A DNA stretch of 64,000 nt, from assembly GCA_002430725.1 (NCBI GenBank), contig DJCU01000040.1:15401-79400 (forward strand), read 5' to 3'. The notes under the pieces were generated by a model, which saw nothing but the letters and a program-made list of their open reading frames with translations, ran no database searches and had not been told where the DNA came from. A program made the position numbers and the translations under genes. Every line of letters begins with the position of its first letter. Within the stretch, counting starts at the first letter, position 1. Positions 51,286-61,453 of this stretch are shown here, in pieces. The stretch is from Candidatus Gottesmanbacteria bacterium UBA5942. GTDB taxonomy: Bacteria > Patescibacteriota > Microgenomatia > UBA10105 > UBA927.

Positions 51286-51344
51286 ACTGTATCACAATTT
51301 GTCATTTTTGTCAATCGCAGTTACAATGGATTTCGTGATACAAA

Positions 51345-53917
51345 TGTCCGATTTATTCAGTGAGCGGCAACGGAGGAAGCTATTTGGCTCAAATGTTTCC
51401 CGCATGAAACTCTGGAGCGTTCTCGCGTTCGGAGGGTTCATCGGTTTTGTCGTTCTTATATTATTTGTTGGTATTCTTTTTGCGTGGTATGCCAAGGATT
51501 TACCTCGACCGGATAAAGTGCAACGACAGGAAGGACTTTCTACCGTTGTGCTCGATCGAAATGGAGAAAAGCTCTACGATATATTTGAAGAAGCCAATAG
51601 AATTCCTGCAAAATGGGATGAGATCCCCCAGTATCTTAAAGACGCTACAGTCGCTATAGAAGATAAGGATTTTTATAAGCACCAGGGGTTATCCACGACC
51701 GGTATTATGCGCGGACTGCTGGCGTGTGTATTCATGCGCAGATGTCAGGGAGGTTCTACACTCACGCAACAATTAGTAAAAAATGTATTGCTTTCGCAGG
51801 AGCGAACATTGCCTCGAAAAATGAAAGAAGCAGTGCTTGCGATACAGATAGAGCGTAAATACAGCAAAAATGACATTCTTCTCATGTATCTTAATGAAGC
51901 TCCGTATGGTGGCACTGCAGTTGGGGTAAAAACCGCAGCAGAGCATTACTTTGACAAAGATGTGAAAGATCTTACCCTTGTACAATCTGTTGTGCTCGCG
52001 GGACTTCCCCAGTCACCGAGCTATTATTCGCCATTTACAGGAGATGAAACTGCATATCGTGGACGGGCACAGGAAGTGCTCCGAAGAATGAGGGAGGATG
52101 GCTATATTACTCCCGCACAAGAAGGTGAAGCGAAAAAGCAGTTAGAATCTGTTGCATTTGCCTCTGGAGATGTCGGACTTCGAGCGCCACATTTTGTCGC
52201 TTATATAAAAGAGTTATTGATCGATAGATTTGGCGAAAAAACAGTGAATGCTGGTGGATTGACGGTCACGACAACGCTCGATTGGAAGCTACAGGAAGCA
52301 GCGCAGCTTGCGGTCAAAGAAGAAGTTGAGAAAGCCAAAAAGCTAAAAGTCAGTAATGGGGCTGCCATCGTGATGGATCCGCGTACTGGTGAAATTCTTT
52401 CTATGGTGGGAAGTAAAGACTATGCCGCTACCGACAGTTCTGGACTTAAATTTAACGTGGTTACTCAGGGACTTCGTCAACCAGGTTCGACACTCAAGCC
52501 TATGATTTATGCTGCCGCACTAACCAAAGGATACACTGCAAGCACCATGCTTATGGATGTGGAAACCAAATATCCTTCTGGTGATGCGACAAAGCCTGAG
52601 TACAATCCCAAAAACTACGACAATAAATACAGAGGCCCTATGCAACTTCGGTACGGTTTGGCAAATTCTATCAATACGACCGCGGTAAAAGTCGCGGCTC
52701 TCGTGGGGGTACGAGATGTGTTGAAATTAGGCTATGCCATGGGATTGCAGACATGGGAACCTACTGATGCCAATATGAAACGGGTGGGATTGTCGTTGCC
52801 GCTCGGAGGTGCTGAAGTAAAAATGATCGATATGGCTACCGCATTTTCTGTATTTGCGGCAGAAGGAATGAGAACTGAACCTGTTGCTATTCTCAAGGTA
52901 ACCGATACCAGTGGCAAGACATTGTTTGAGCACAAACCTGTTTCTCCCCGAAACGAATTGGAGCCTGATGTGGCATTTATTATTTCTTCTATACTTTCTG
53001 ACAATGACGCACGGAAAGAAGTTTTTGGCACACGATCGCACTTGGTAATTTCAGGGAAAACCGTTGCCGCTAAAACCGGTACCACCGATGATAAGCGCGA
53101 CAACTGGACTGCAGGTTATACCAAAAGTCGTGTCGTGGTCGCATGGGTTGGGAACAATGACAATTCACCGATGAGTCCTACGCTTGCCTCTGGTGTTACG
53201 GGAGCTGCTCCTATTTGGAATCGCATTATGCGCGAGGCGATTAAAGATATTCCCGATGAGCCATTTACCCGACCAGAGGGGGTTATAGAAATGGATATTG
53301 ATGCGTTTGGAGGCGGCCTTCCGTTTGAAAATCAACCAACGCGCAAAGAGTTTTTTATCAAAGGCACAGAGCCCACCGGGCCCGCAGCAATTTACCAGAA
53401 GTTGAAGATTTCTCGGAAAGACAGTAACAAGTTGGCAAACAGTGTCGAAATAGCGACCGGAGACTATGACGAGAAATTGTTTATTGTCATTCGTGAAGAT
53501 GATCCAGTTTCCGGTGACGGGAAAAATCGATGGCAAGAAGGTATCAATGGGTGGATTGCCGGACAAGATAGTAAATACAAAGCGCCAACCGAAACGTATA
53601 ACGGTGGTGATTCAAATCAAGTCGTTATTCAGATTAAAAAACCCAATGATAATCAGCGAATCGATAATAACGATGTTCAGGTAGAAGCAGAGGCGATATC
53701 TACCGCGGATATAGAACGGATCGAAATATATGTCGATGGTACAAAAGTGAAAGAAAAATCCAACGAAAAAACAATTTCTGAAACCGTCAACATTGCCAAT
53801 GGTTCACACACGATAAAAGTAAAAGCGATTGATAAACGAGGAACGTCTTCCGAACGGGAAATTCACGTAGGCATTAATCAGGATTATGCTTCCCCCACTC
53901 CGACACCCACACCATAA
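51345..53917 (+). CDS. Class A penicillin-binding protein (PBP1A family; GT51 transglycosylase + transpeptidase) with C-terminal Ig-like domain
   Basis: GT51 motifs (ATVAIEDKDFYKHQG, GGSTLTQQL), transpeptidase STLKP...SINT...KTGT; short cytoplasmic tail plus TM when started at 51345 (an alternative start is 51404). Confidence 0.9.
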
Positions 53918-53933
53918 CAACGTTATGGTGATG

Positions 53934-55937
53934 TTAACGAGATTTAAGCGATACACCAAATTTTGATTCCGCAAGTGAAATCAGTTTTGTGCGAATTGGA
54001 GTAATATCAGCGTTTGTAAGATTTCTTTTTTCGTCTTGGTAGGTGATATGGAATGTCCTCGTATTCTCGTGAACATCGAGTAGTGTCACATCAAAAACTA
54101 ATGGGTGCGCAGCGCGAAGCGCTTCCATAAGTGGGCCGATATAGAAATTATCGGGCACAATAAATGATAGATCTTCCATTATTGGCGGGTACTTTGGTAC
54201 TGGCGTATAACTTTTTTTGGCGTTAGCGCGGGCAACCAGTTTTCCAAAATCGATCACAAGCCGAGTAAGCGGCGTTGTTATCCCGTTTTTTTGTAGCATT
54301 TGATAGTCGAGTGTGCCCAACGAGCCAAACTCAGAAAGCGATAGTCTATGCTGACTGTACCAATCAAATGGTTGCTTGGCTTCGTTTGCTAAATCGTGAG
54401 GAAACGGGATGCCGAATAATGAAAATATTGTTTCTGCAAGCCCCTTCGCTTCCAAAAACTTGTTCCCGCTCCACACGACAATAAGTGTTGGGGTTTCTTC
54501 GGGTAAATTGTTTGGCCGAAACCGATATACCATACTCAGTTCAAAAACTTTCAGAGATTTTGTTAGTTTGAGATTTTCCCGTAAGACCGGCACCATACTC
54601 ATAAACAAATCAGGTCGCATGTATTCCCATTCAGAAGAAAGAGGATTGGCGATTTTGTATGCATTATTGGTGTCATGTCCAAATTTCTCCATAAGTTCTT
54701 TCGAGACCATGGAATACGTAATAAGTTCTGTGTACCCCCAATCTCTGAGTCGAATTTTCAGTGCTTCTTCGTGAGAGAGCACTGGGTCTGGCATCGTGGT
54801 TGGCGGTGCGTGCTCCGGCAATCGGGAAGGAATATTTTGATATCCATATACGCGAGCAATCTCTTCGATGACGTCCACATCTATCGATACATCACGCCTA
54901 TAACTGGGTACAACGACAGTGATTGCCTTAGTAGAGCTTTGTACGCGAAAACCTAGGCTAGCAAGTGTTTCTTTTATTTCTTTGAGGGAAATAGTACCAA
55001 TATACGAATAAATTTTTGATAGAGGCACGGAAACGGTAACTGCCTTATGCGGTTTAGGATACAGGTCAATGAGTGTGCTTGCTGGTTTCCCTCCGGTAAG
55101 CTCCATCATTAACTCCATCCCACGATAAAACACAGGTTTGACAAGTTCTGTATCTAATCCTTTTTCAAATAGCGCAGCAGCTTCTGTTCGATGTCCGAGT
55201 GCCATAGAGGTTTTTCGAATGTGCGAAGGGCTATATGTCTGAAGAAACAATATAACCCGCTTCGTTCGTTCGGTGACCGATGAATTTTCTCCTCCCATGA
55301 TGCCGCATAGATCAATGAGTTTGCCATGCTTATCTTCGATGACGATATCGTTTCCAGGGAGTGTATGCGATTTACCATCAAGAGTTTGGAGCTTTTCTCC
55401 CTTTTTGGAAGCTCTGAGTGTCATTTTGTGACCTTCTATGGCATCGTAATCAAATACATGAGCGGGTTGTCCATAGGCACGCATAAGAAAATTGGTAATG
55501 TCTACGACATTGTTAAGGCTCCGCATCCCAGCAAGCTCCAGATATTTGGTGAGCCATGTGGGCGATGCTTTTACCGTAACGTTGTCAAAAATGAGCGACA
55601 TCCACCGAGGATTTAACGTAGCATCTGTCGCAAGCGTTAGCTTTAGTTCGTTTTTGCTTTTGGGAAATACTACTTTTTCCCGGTAGGGATCGCCCACAAG
55701 GGTGGCAGCTATGCCAAATCGAGGTAATATAGTAGCCGCTTCGCGTGCTACTCCCATGACCGACATAGCGTCTGGTCTGTTGCCAGTAATTTCTATATCG
55801 TACACACACTCGTTACCTTCGCCATAAATTCGTTCGATGGATGGCCCGCAGAGCGAGAGGTATTCTTTGATTTCTTGAGGCGTTGCCTTTGTTTTGAGGT
55901 ACATTCGCAACCAATTGTCAGGAATTAATATATTCAT
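53934..55937 (-). CDS. pheT: Phenylalanine--tRNA ligase beta subunit (short form without N-terminal tRNA-binding domain)
   Basis: B3/B4 and B5 domains, C-terminal FDX-ACB; adjacent to pheS. Confidence 0.9.
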   Translation of the reverse strand: MNILIPDNWLRMYLKTKATPQEIKEYLSLCGPSIERIYGEGNECVYDIEITGNRPDAMSVMGVAREAATILPRFGIAATLVGDPYREKVVFPKSKNELKLTLATDATLNPRWMSLIFDNVTVKASPTWLTKYLELAGMRSLNNVVDITNFLMRAYGQPAHVFDYDAIEGHKMTLRASKKGEKLQTLDGKSHTLPGNDIVIEDKHGKLIDLCGIMGGENSSVTERTKRVILFLQTYSPSHIRKTSMALGHRTEAAALFEKGLDTELVKPVFYRGMELMMELTGGKPASTLIDLYPKPHKAVTVSVPLSKIYSYIGTISLKEIKETLASLGFRVQSSTKAITVVVPSYRRDVSIDVDVIEEIARVYGYQNIPSRLPEHAPPTTMPDPVLSHEEALKIRLRDWGYTELITYSMVSKELMEKFGHDTNNAYKIANPLSSEWEYMRPDLFMSMVPVLRENLKLTKSLKVFELSMVYRFRPNNLPEETPTLIVVWSGNKFLEAKGLAETIFSLFGIPFPHDLANEAKQPFDWYSQHRLSLSEFGSLGTLDYQMLQKNGITTPLTRLVIDFGKLVARANAKKSYTPVPKYPPIMEDLSFIVPDNFYIGPLMEALRAAHPLVFDVTLLDVHENTRTFHITYQDEKRNLTNADITPIRTKLISLAESKFGVSLKSR

Positions 55938-55940
55938 AGG

Positions 55941-57029
55941 TTAAAATTGTTGTAAAAACCGTACATCATTACTGTAGAGCAAACGAATATCGTCAAGCTT
56001 TGTTCCTGATTTCATCATGCTGGTGCGTTCTATCCCCCATCCGAATGCGAAACCAGAATATACATCAGGATCTATTCCCCCGTTTCGTAGCACGACAGGA
56101 TGCACCATGCCTGCACCTCCTAGTTCTAACCAGCCGGCTTTGCAGAGCTTACAGGTGCTCCCATCTTCCAGTTTGCTTGTACCAAGACAAATACCACAAT
56201 TTATGTCTACTTCAAACGAAGGTTCGGTAAATTGGAAATGAAACGGTCGGAGTCGAGTTACTCGGGAAGCGCCAAAAAATTGTTTGACGAAATGATCAAA
56301 TACTCCTTTTAGATTTCCGATAGAGACGTTGCGGTCTACGTATAGACCTTCAAATTGATGGAACATTGGAGTGTGTGACACATCGATTTGTCTACGGTAG
56401 CATTTGGCAATATTGATCATGCGGATAGGTAATTCGCCCTTTTCCATTTCTCGTACCTGTCCATTGCTGGTGTGTGGGGTAAGTACCATCTTTTGTTTAT
56501 GAGGGTCTTTTCCTGGTTTCCCCGGGTATTCAAGGAAAAACGTTTCCCACTCGTCTCGTGCCGGATGGTTCGTAGGCATATTCAGTGATTCAAACGGATA
56601 CCAATCCCAGTCGACTTCAGGGTGACGCACGCGAGTAAAGCCAATGCGTTCAAAAATTCGGGTAATTTCCATAATTGCTTGCGTGACGAGGTGGAGATTA
56701 CCATTGGGCGGGCGTTCTCCGGGCATGGTGATGTCGAGAAATGTGGTATTTTTCGTTTTTTGCCCTGGATGACTGGCTGCTCTCGCCTCTAAGCCTTGTT
56801 CAATAGATTGTTTTACTTGAGACACTATCACGCCAACCTGTTGACGTTCTTCTTTGGGTACTCGACTGATCTGTTTCGTGAGGCGTGCAAGATCACTTTT
56901 CGAGCCCATGAGTAAAAGTTTGAGTTCCTCAACACTTTTACTGGTGTCTTTGATAAGTGACAGCGCTTCCTCTTGCGCGAGAAGGAGTAAGCTGATCACA
57001 TTGCTTCCTGATATGATTTCTTCCGTCAT
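55941..57029 (-). CDS. pheS: Phenylalanine--tRNA ligase alpha subunit
   Basis: Class II motifs FRPFHFQFTEPSFEVD, GFAFGWGIERTSMM. Confidence 0.95.
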   Translation of the reverse strand: MTEEIISGSNVISLLLLAQEEALSLIKDTSKSVEELKLLLMGSKSDLARLTKQISRVPKEERQQVGVIVSQVKQSIEQGLEARAASHPGQKTKNTTFLDITMPGERPPNGNLHLVTQAIMEITRIFERIGFTRVRHPEVDWDWYPFESLNMPTNHPARDEWETFFLEYPGKPGKDPHKQKMVLTPHTSNGQVREMEKGELPIRMINIAKCYRRQIDVSHTPMFHQFEGLYVDRNVSIGNLKGVFDHFVKQFFGASRVTRLRPFHFQFTEPSFEVDINCGICLGTSKLEDGSTCKLCKAGWLELGGAGMVHPVVLRNGGIDPDVYSGFAFGWGIERTSMMKSGTKLDDIRLLYSNDVRFLQQF

Positions 57030-57040
57030 ACGAATATGTT

Positions 57041-57070
57041 TATTGTACGTTTTGGTTTATGATGTCGCAA
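57041..57070 (-). promoter_or_regulatory. Candidate sigma70-type promoter for pheST (TTGCGA-17-TACAAT)
   Basis: Minus-strand hexamers with 17-nt spacer, -10 about 12 nt before the pheS ATG (near-leaderless). Confidence 0.3.
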
Positions 57071-57130
57071 GAAGAGAGGCGGGCGGCGTAGCTACTCGAG
57101 CGCATCGTCCGCCCCTCTTCTTATTTCGTT

Positions 57131-57334
57131 TTATCTGCGCTGCCTTTGCAATGTTCTCTCCGGATCTTGTCTTGCTCGTCGATGATGTGTGCTCCATATT
57201 TCAACTTTTCGTTCGTTTATCATTTGTTGTAACGCTGGTCTGAGCGTAATATCAGTTGATCGGTGAATTCTCCTTCCGATCGTAAGTAATTCAAGTCTTG
57301 TTTTTGCTTTACTTAGTTTTTCTTTAATATTCAT
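57131..57334 (-). CDS. Small basic hypothetical protein (67 aa) between rplT and pheS
   Basis: Excellent SD aaaggaggtg 7 nt upstream of ATG; followed by the GC-rich hairpin at 57076-57117. Confidence 0.35.
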   Translation of the reverse strand: MNIKEKLSKAKTRLELLTIGRRIHRSTDITLRPALQQMINERKVEIWSTHHRRARQDPERTLQRQRR

Positions 57335-57417
57335 GTGTTTTCACCTCCTTTCTGCAATATATATCCGCTTAGGCGGGTATTATTGCGCTAGGAAGTGCCT
57401 TAACTCATTTCAGAGCA

Positions 57418-57450
57418 CAAAAAATCCCGCTTTCGCGGGATCCTTGGGTT
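57418..57450 (-). terminator. Intrinsic terminator after rplT
   Basis: Minus strand: atcccgcg-aaa-gcgggat stem followed by TTTTTTGTG. Confidence 0.5.
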
Positions 57451-57539
57451 ATTTTTCTTTTTTCTTACGCGCCCAAAGAACCCCGCTGTAGCGAGGTAAA
57501 GAACGCAAAGAATAATGTGTTAATCATAGTAGAGAAAAA

Positions 57540-57890
57540 TTAGTTAACCGATTTCACTTCGTTTAAGATCGCATCAAATACATCTGGATCATCGACCACC
57601 AAATTGGCGAGCGTTTTCCGATCGAGTTCGATGTGCGCCTCTTTTAGCTTATGAACAAGTGAGCTGTAAGAAAGATTGCGTAGTTTACTAGCTTCCGAAA
57701 TTCTGGTAATCCACAGTTCACGAAAATCTCGCTTTCTGTTTTTACGACCAGCAAATGCATACTCACCTGCATGAAGATATGCTTCAGTTGCTACTTTGAT
57801 GAGCTTTCTTTTGGTCATCCGATAGCCTTTGTTGGCTCGGAAAATTTTATTATGCTTTGCTTTGCTGGTTGTGCCTCGTTTTACTCTCAT
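57540..57890 (-). CDS. rplT: 50S ribosomal protein L20
   Basis: MRVKRGTTSKAKHNKIFRANKGY... Confidence 0.95.
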   Translation of the reverse strand: MRVKRGTTSKAKHNKIFRANKGYRMTKRKLIKVATEAYLHAGEYAFAGRKNRKRDFRELWITRISEASKLRNLSYSSLVHKLKEAHIELDRKTLANLVVDDPDVFDAILNEVKSVN

Positions 57891-57902
57891 ATATTCCCCC
57901 TT

Positions 57903-58100
57903 TTATGACTTTCTTAGGTATGCTTTTACGTGTTTTACCATAGCTTTTTTCAATTCGACTTGGCGATCCTGGCGCCGCTGCTGCCGTTTGCCTTTTTTGC
58001 GGCGAAGGTGTCTCGCTCCCTGTACCCGATGGACTAGTTTCCCAGTACCGGTTACTTTGAATCGCTTTGCTGCTACTTTTCGTGTTTTAACTTTTGCCAT
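57903..58100 (-). CDS. rpmI: 50S ribosomal protein L35
   Basis: MAKVKTRKVAAKRFKVTGTGK... Confidence 0.95.
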   Translation of the reverse strand: MAKVKTRKVAAKRFKVTGTGKLVHRVQGARHLRRKKGKRQQRRQDRQVELKKAMVKHVKAYLRKS

Positions 58101-58161
58101 ATGAGTTAACTATTCATTATTAACAATTAACTATCAACTATCAATAATTAATTATTAACAA

Positions 58162-58719
58162 TTAATTCGTTCCTTCTCCCTCTTCTTTTCCTTCGCCTTT
58201 TTTGTTCGGTACTACCATAGCGGCAAGTACTCGTCCTTCCATCCTCGGTTCGCGAACAATTTTTACCCCTTCTAATGCGTGTACGAAGCGATTTAATACC
58301 TCGTACCCAAATTGCTTTCTTCCAAGTTCTCGACCCTTAAAAAGTACATTTATTTTAACCTGATTTCCCTTTTCAATAAACTCAGTCGCCCGTTTGAGCC
58401 AGGTGTCAAAGTCATGTTGCTCGATAAATGGACGCAATCTAACTTCTTTGACCCCCACATTTTTTACATTCTTTTTCGATTCGCGCTCTTTTCTCGCCTC
58501 CTGGTACTTAAACTTTTTGTAATCAATTAGTTTAGCGACAGGCGGTTTCGCATTTGGCGCAATCTCTACTACATCGACCCCAAATTCTTTGGCTTTTTGT
58601 AAAGCCTCGAGTTTGGAGACTATGCCGATCTGTACCCCTTTTTCATCCAACAGCCTGATTTCCGGGCTGAGGATTTGGTAGTTGATCTTGTAAAACTTAT
58701 GGGTTGGCTTTGGTCTCAA
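58162..58719 (-). CDS. infC: Translation initiation factor IF-3
   Basis: EIRLLDEKGVQIGIVS N-domain, C-domain KVLFKGRELGRKQFG; the start may be a non-ATG codon inside the thrS 3' overlap. Confidence 0.9.
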   Translation of the reverse strand: MRPKPTHKFYKINYQILSPEIRLLDEKGVQIGIVSKLEALQKAKEFGVDVVEIAPNAKPPVAKLIDYKKFKYQEARKERESKKNVKNVGVKEVRLRPFIEQHDFDTWLKRATEFIEKGNQVKINVLFKGRELGRKQFGYEVLNRFVHALEGVKIVREPRMEGRVLAAMVVPNKKGEGKEEGEGTN

Positions 58720-60484
58720 TCTCTTTTGCTAGCCTTGCGAGGAAGTCGTCAAGGTGTATATCCTTGAGATTTTCCCCGTGTCGGCTACGTAAGCTCACCG
58801 TATTACTGTTTATTTCGGTATCCCCGATTATAGCTAAGTATGGCACTTTTTGCAACGTATGATCTCTTACTTTAGCCTGCATCGGCTGTGAGCGGGTATC
58901 TGCTTCAGCCCGGATACCAGCCTTTTTAAGTTTTTGGACAATGGTTTCGGCTGCTTCATTGTGACGCTCTGCAATAGGAACAACAACCACCTGTACTGGC
59001 GCAAGCCACAGTGGAAAAGCGCCACCATATTTTTCGATCAAAAATGCCATGGTGCGCTCAATTGCCCCGATAGATGACCGGTGGATAACAATCGGCTCCG
59101 CTGCCTCTCCCTGCTCGTTGGTGTACGTTAGGGAAAAGCGCTTTGGCATAACGAAGTCATACTGAACTGTAAACGCTGTTTCTTCTTTGCCATGAATATT
59201 TTTTATCTGGACATCTATTTTTGGCCCATAAAATGCGGCTTCATCAGCTGCTTCAAAAAAGGCAGCATTTCGATTTGTTAATACTTCCCGAAGTACCGCT
59301 TCAGCATTGTCCCATGCTGCATCGTCTTTGAAATATTTCTTTTCGTTGGCTCGATCACCGAGAGAAAGTCGATATCGGTAATCTTTCCCCGCTTGTAAGC
59401 CAAAGGCAGATGAAGCAAAGTCGATAAGGTCGAGTACGCCATTAATTTCTTGTCTGGCTTGCGCAGGAGTCGCGATAATATGTGCATCAGCAAGACAAAA
59501 ACTTCGAACCCGCATAAGACCCGAAAGCTCTCCGGATTTTTCATAGCGGTAGAGCTTGGCAAGTTCCGCAAGACGCATAGGAAGCTCCTTGTAGCTTCGT
59601 GGTTTGGATTTATAGAGTTCAAAATGATGCGGACACGTCATAGGCCGCAGCATAAACTCATCCTCATCGATAGCGATAGGAGCGTACATCGTATCTTTGT
59701 AGTATGGGTAATGACCGCTGGTACGGTAGAGGTCAAGACGAGCCAGATCTGGTGTCATGACATGGAGATATCCACGCTTTAGCTCTTCTTCTACGACAAA
59801 TCGCTCAAGTTCTCTTCGTACGGTTGTCCCTTTTGGTGTCCAGAGGGGTAAACCTTTGCCGACAAGATCGGAAAATGTAAACAGATCAAGTTCTGCGCCA
59901 AGCTTTCGGTGATCGCGTTTTTTGGCTTCTTCCTGTTGGACAATATAGTCATCGAGCGCCTTCTTGGTTGGAAAACATGTGCCATAAATACGGGTAAGCA
60001 TTTTATTTTTTTCGTTGCCGCGCCAATACGCACCTGCCACTGAGAGCAGCTTGAAATGCTTGAGATCATTATTTGGATGGGGACAATGTCCTCCCCGGCA
60101 CAAATCGGTATAGTTGCCTGATGTATAGATCGTGAGATGTTGACCATCTTCGCTAAATTCCTCTATAAGTTCTTTTTTGTATTCGTTTCCTTGATTATGA
60201 GACAACGCCTCCTCCTTTGATACTTCTTTTCTCCGGAATTCCTTCCACTCTTTGACCAATGTTTTCATTTTCTCTTCAATTTGTGGAAAATCGTCCTCCG
60301 ATATTTTTGTGTCACCGAAATCAAAGTCGTAATAAAATCCGTCCTCGATAGCGGGGCCAATTGTCCGTTTCGCATGTGGCCAAAGCTCCATGACCGCGGC
60401 AGCGAGTAGATGCGCGCAGGAGTGGCGGAGATTTGATAAGTTATCGTTATTGTTTTGCATAGGTAATCCTCCCTTATTACACAA
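58697..60484 (-). CDS. thrS: Threonine--tRNA ligase (lacking N-terminal TGS domain)
   Basis: N2/editing-like domain HSCAHLLAAAV, class II core, anticodon-binding C-terminus. Confidence 0.95.
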   Translation of the reverse strand: MCNKGGLPMQNNNDNLSNLRHSCAHLLAAAVMELWPHAKRTIGPAIEDGFYYDFDFGDTKISEDDFPQIEEKMKTLVKEWKEFRRKEVSKEEALSHNQGNEYKKELIEEFSEDGQHLTIYTSGNYTDLCRGGHCPHPNNDLKHFKLLSVAGAYWRGNEKNKMLTRIYGTCFPTKKALDDYIVQQEEAKKRDHRKLGAELDLFTFSDLVGKGLPLWTPKGTTVRRELERFVVEEELKRGYLHVMTPDLARLDLYRTSGHYPYYKDTMYAPIAIDEDEFMLRPMTCPHHFELYKSKPRSYKELPMRLAELAKLYRYEKSGELSGLMRVRSFCLADAHIIATPAQARQEINGVLDLIDFASSAFGLQAGKDYRYRLSLGDRANEKKYFKDDAAWDNAEAVLREVLTNRNAAFFEAADEAAFYGPKIDVQIKNIHGKEETAFTVQYDFVMPKRFSLTYTNEQGEAAEPIVIHRSSIGAIERTMAFLIEKYGGAFPLWLAPVQVVVVPIAERHNEAAETIVQKLKKAGIRAEADTRSQPMQAKVRDHTLQKVPYLAIIGDTEINSNTVSLRSRHGENLKDIHLDDFLARLAKEIETKANP

Positions 60485-60655
60485 AAAATCACCCTCTCGT
60501 CAGAGCTCCATGACTGGGGCGGTTCCATCTGACGTTACGGTGATCTTAATTTGACATCTTTACGCTGATGCAGCGCTTCTCTTTGAGGTTGGTGAGATCT
60601 CATGTAAACGAGAAGTATGTTTATTGTATGCGGTTTTAGGGCAATGTCAAGCGGT

Positions 60656-61453
60656 TTAGCTGAATTTCATAATCATGCCGCTTTGTTGTGCTCGCCGATA
60701 ACTCCATGCAAAAAACCACATGCCCAGCAATATATAGACGACATTGAGGAAGATGGCGATAAAAAGTCCCACAATATCTACGCGTTGGGTCATAAATACT
60801 TGTCGCATCCCCTCAAAAATATAGCTTGTTGGTAATGCGCGTGCCACATACTGCATCCATGTGGGAAGTGCACTTACAGGGTAGTAGACGCTTGAAAATG
60901 GCAAAATAATCATCGTGAGTGTCCATGCAAATACCTGTACTCGATACCCGTATTGCAAGATAAGTCCGTTAATAAAAAACCCAAGACTCCATCCCGAAAT
61001 CATCAGCATAAGCGCGTATGGCGCAAGTACCCAGCCTAACGAAAATATATTAAATGCAAACAATACGCTCGAAAGTATAAATAACCATACGAACGTCACG
61101 AAAAGTTTGGCTGTCGCAAGCACGATGGTCGCCATACTAAATTCCCAGATAGTAATGGGTGATGAAAACATGTTGAGAAGGTTTCTGTCCCATGCTTCCT
61201 GCAAAAATAATAACCCCATTTCTTCCTGTGATCGGGCGACCAGTGTCCACATGAGAAGTCCGCCTAAAAATAACTGCACAAAAAATGTGGTTGTCCCCGT
61301 TTCTTTCTGAAGATATACATTGACCAATCCCCAGATGAACAAGTTCATGGTTGGCCACCAAAACGAATCAGCAATTCGCTCCAAACTTCGTGGCCAGGTG
61401 AGAAGGTGTCGAAGCACCAATGCATACACTCTATTAAAATTAAGCAGTTTCAT
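60656..61453 (-). CDS. ABC-2 family transporter permease
   Basis: 6-TM ABC-2 type membrane protein; start trimmed to MKLLNF (14-nt overlap with the ATPase stop). Confidence 0.6.
   Translation of the reverse strand: MKLLNFNRVYALVLRHLLTWPRSLERIADSFWWPTMNLFIWGLVNVYLQKETGTTTFFVQLFLGGLLMWTLVARSQEEMGLLFLQEAWDRNLLNMFSSPITIWEFSMATIVLATAKLFVTFVWLFILSSVLFAFNIFSLGWVLAPYALMLMISGWSLGFFINGLILQYGYRVQVFAWTLTMIILPFSSVYYPVSALPTWMQYVARALPTSYIFEGMRQVFMTQRVDIVGLFIAIFLNVVYILLGMWFFAWSYRRAQQSGMIMKFS

Noticed and set aside
51094-51363. 89-aa plus-strand ORF upstream of the PBP gene
   Set aside because: It occupies the minus-strand T-box leader and promoter region and has no SD. It is better explained as non-coding.
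57131-57334. pheM-type leader peptide attenuator for pheST
   Set aside because: The small ORF encodes no Phe codon run, and at 67 aa it is far longer than leader peptides.
60485-60655. Possible T-box or attenuator in the thrS leader (hairpin cgtcaga...tctgacg followed by a T-run; UGGAACCGCC resembles the T-box bulge)
   Set aside because: The spacer is only about 170 nt. The T-box-like string lies in the loop of the hairpin rather than upstream of a terminator. No antiterminator A1/A2 pairing can be drawn. More likely it is the terminator of the upstream ABC transporter operon.
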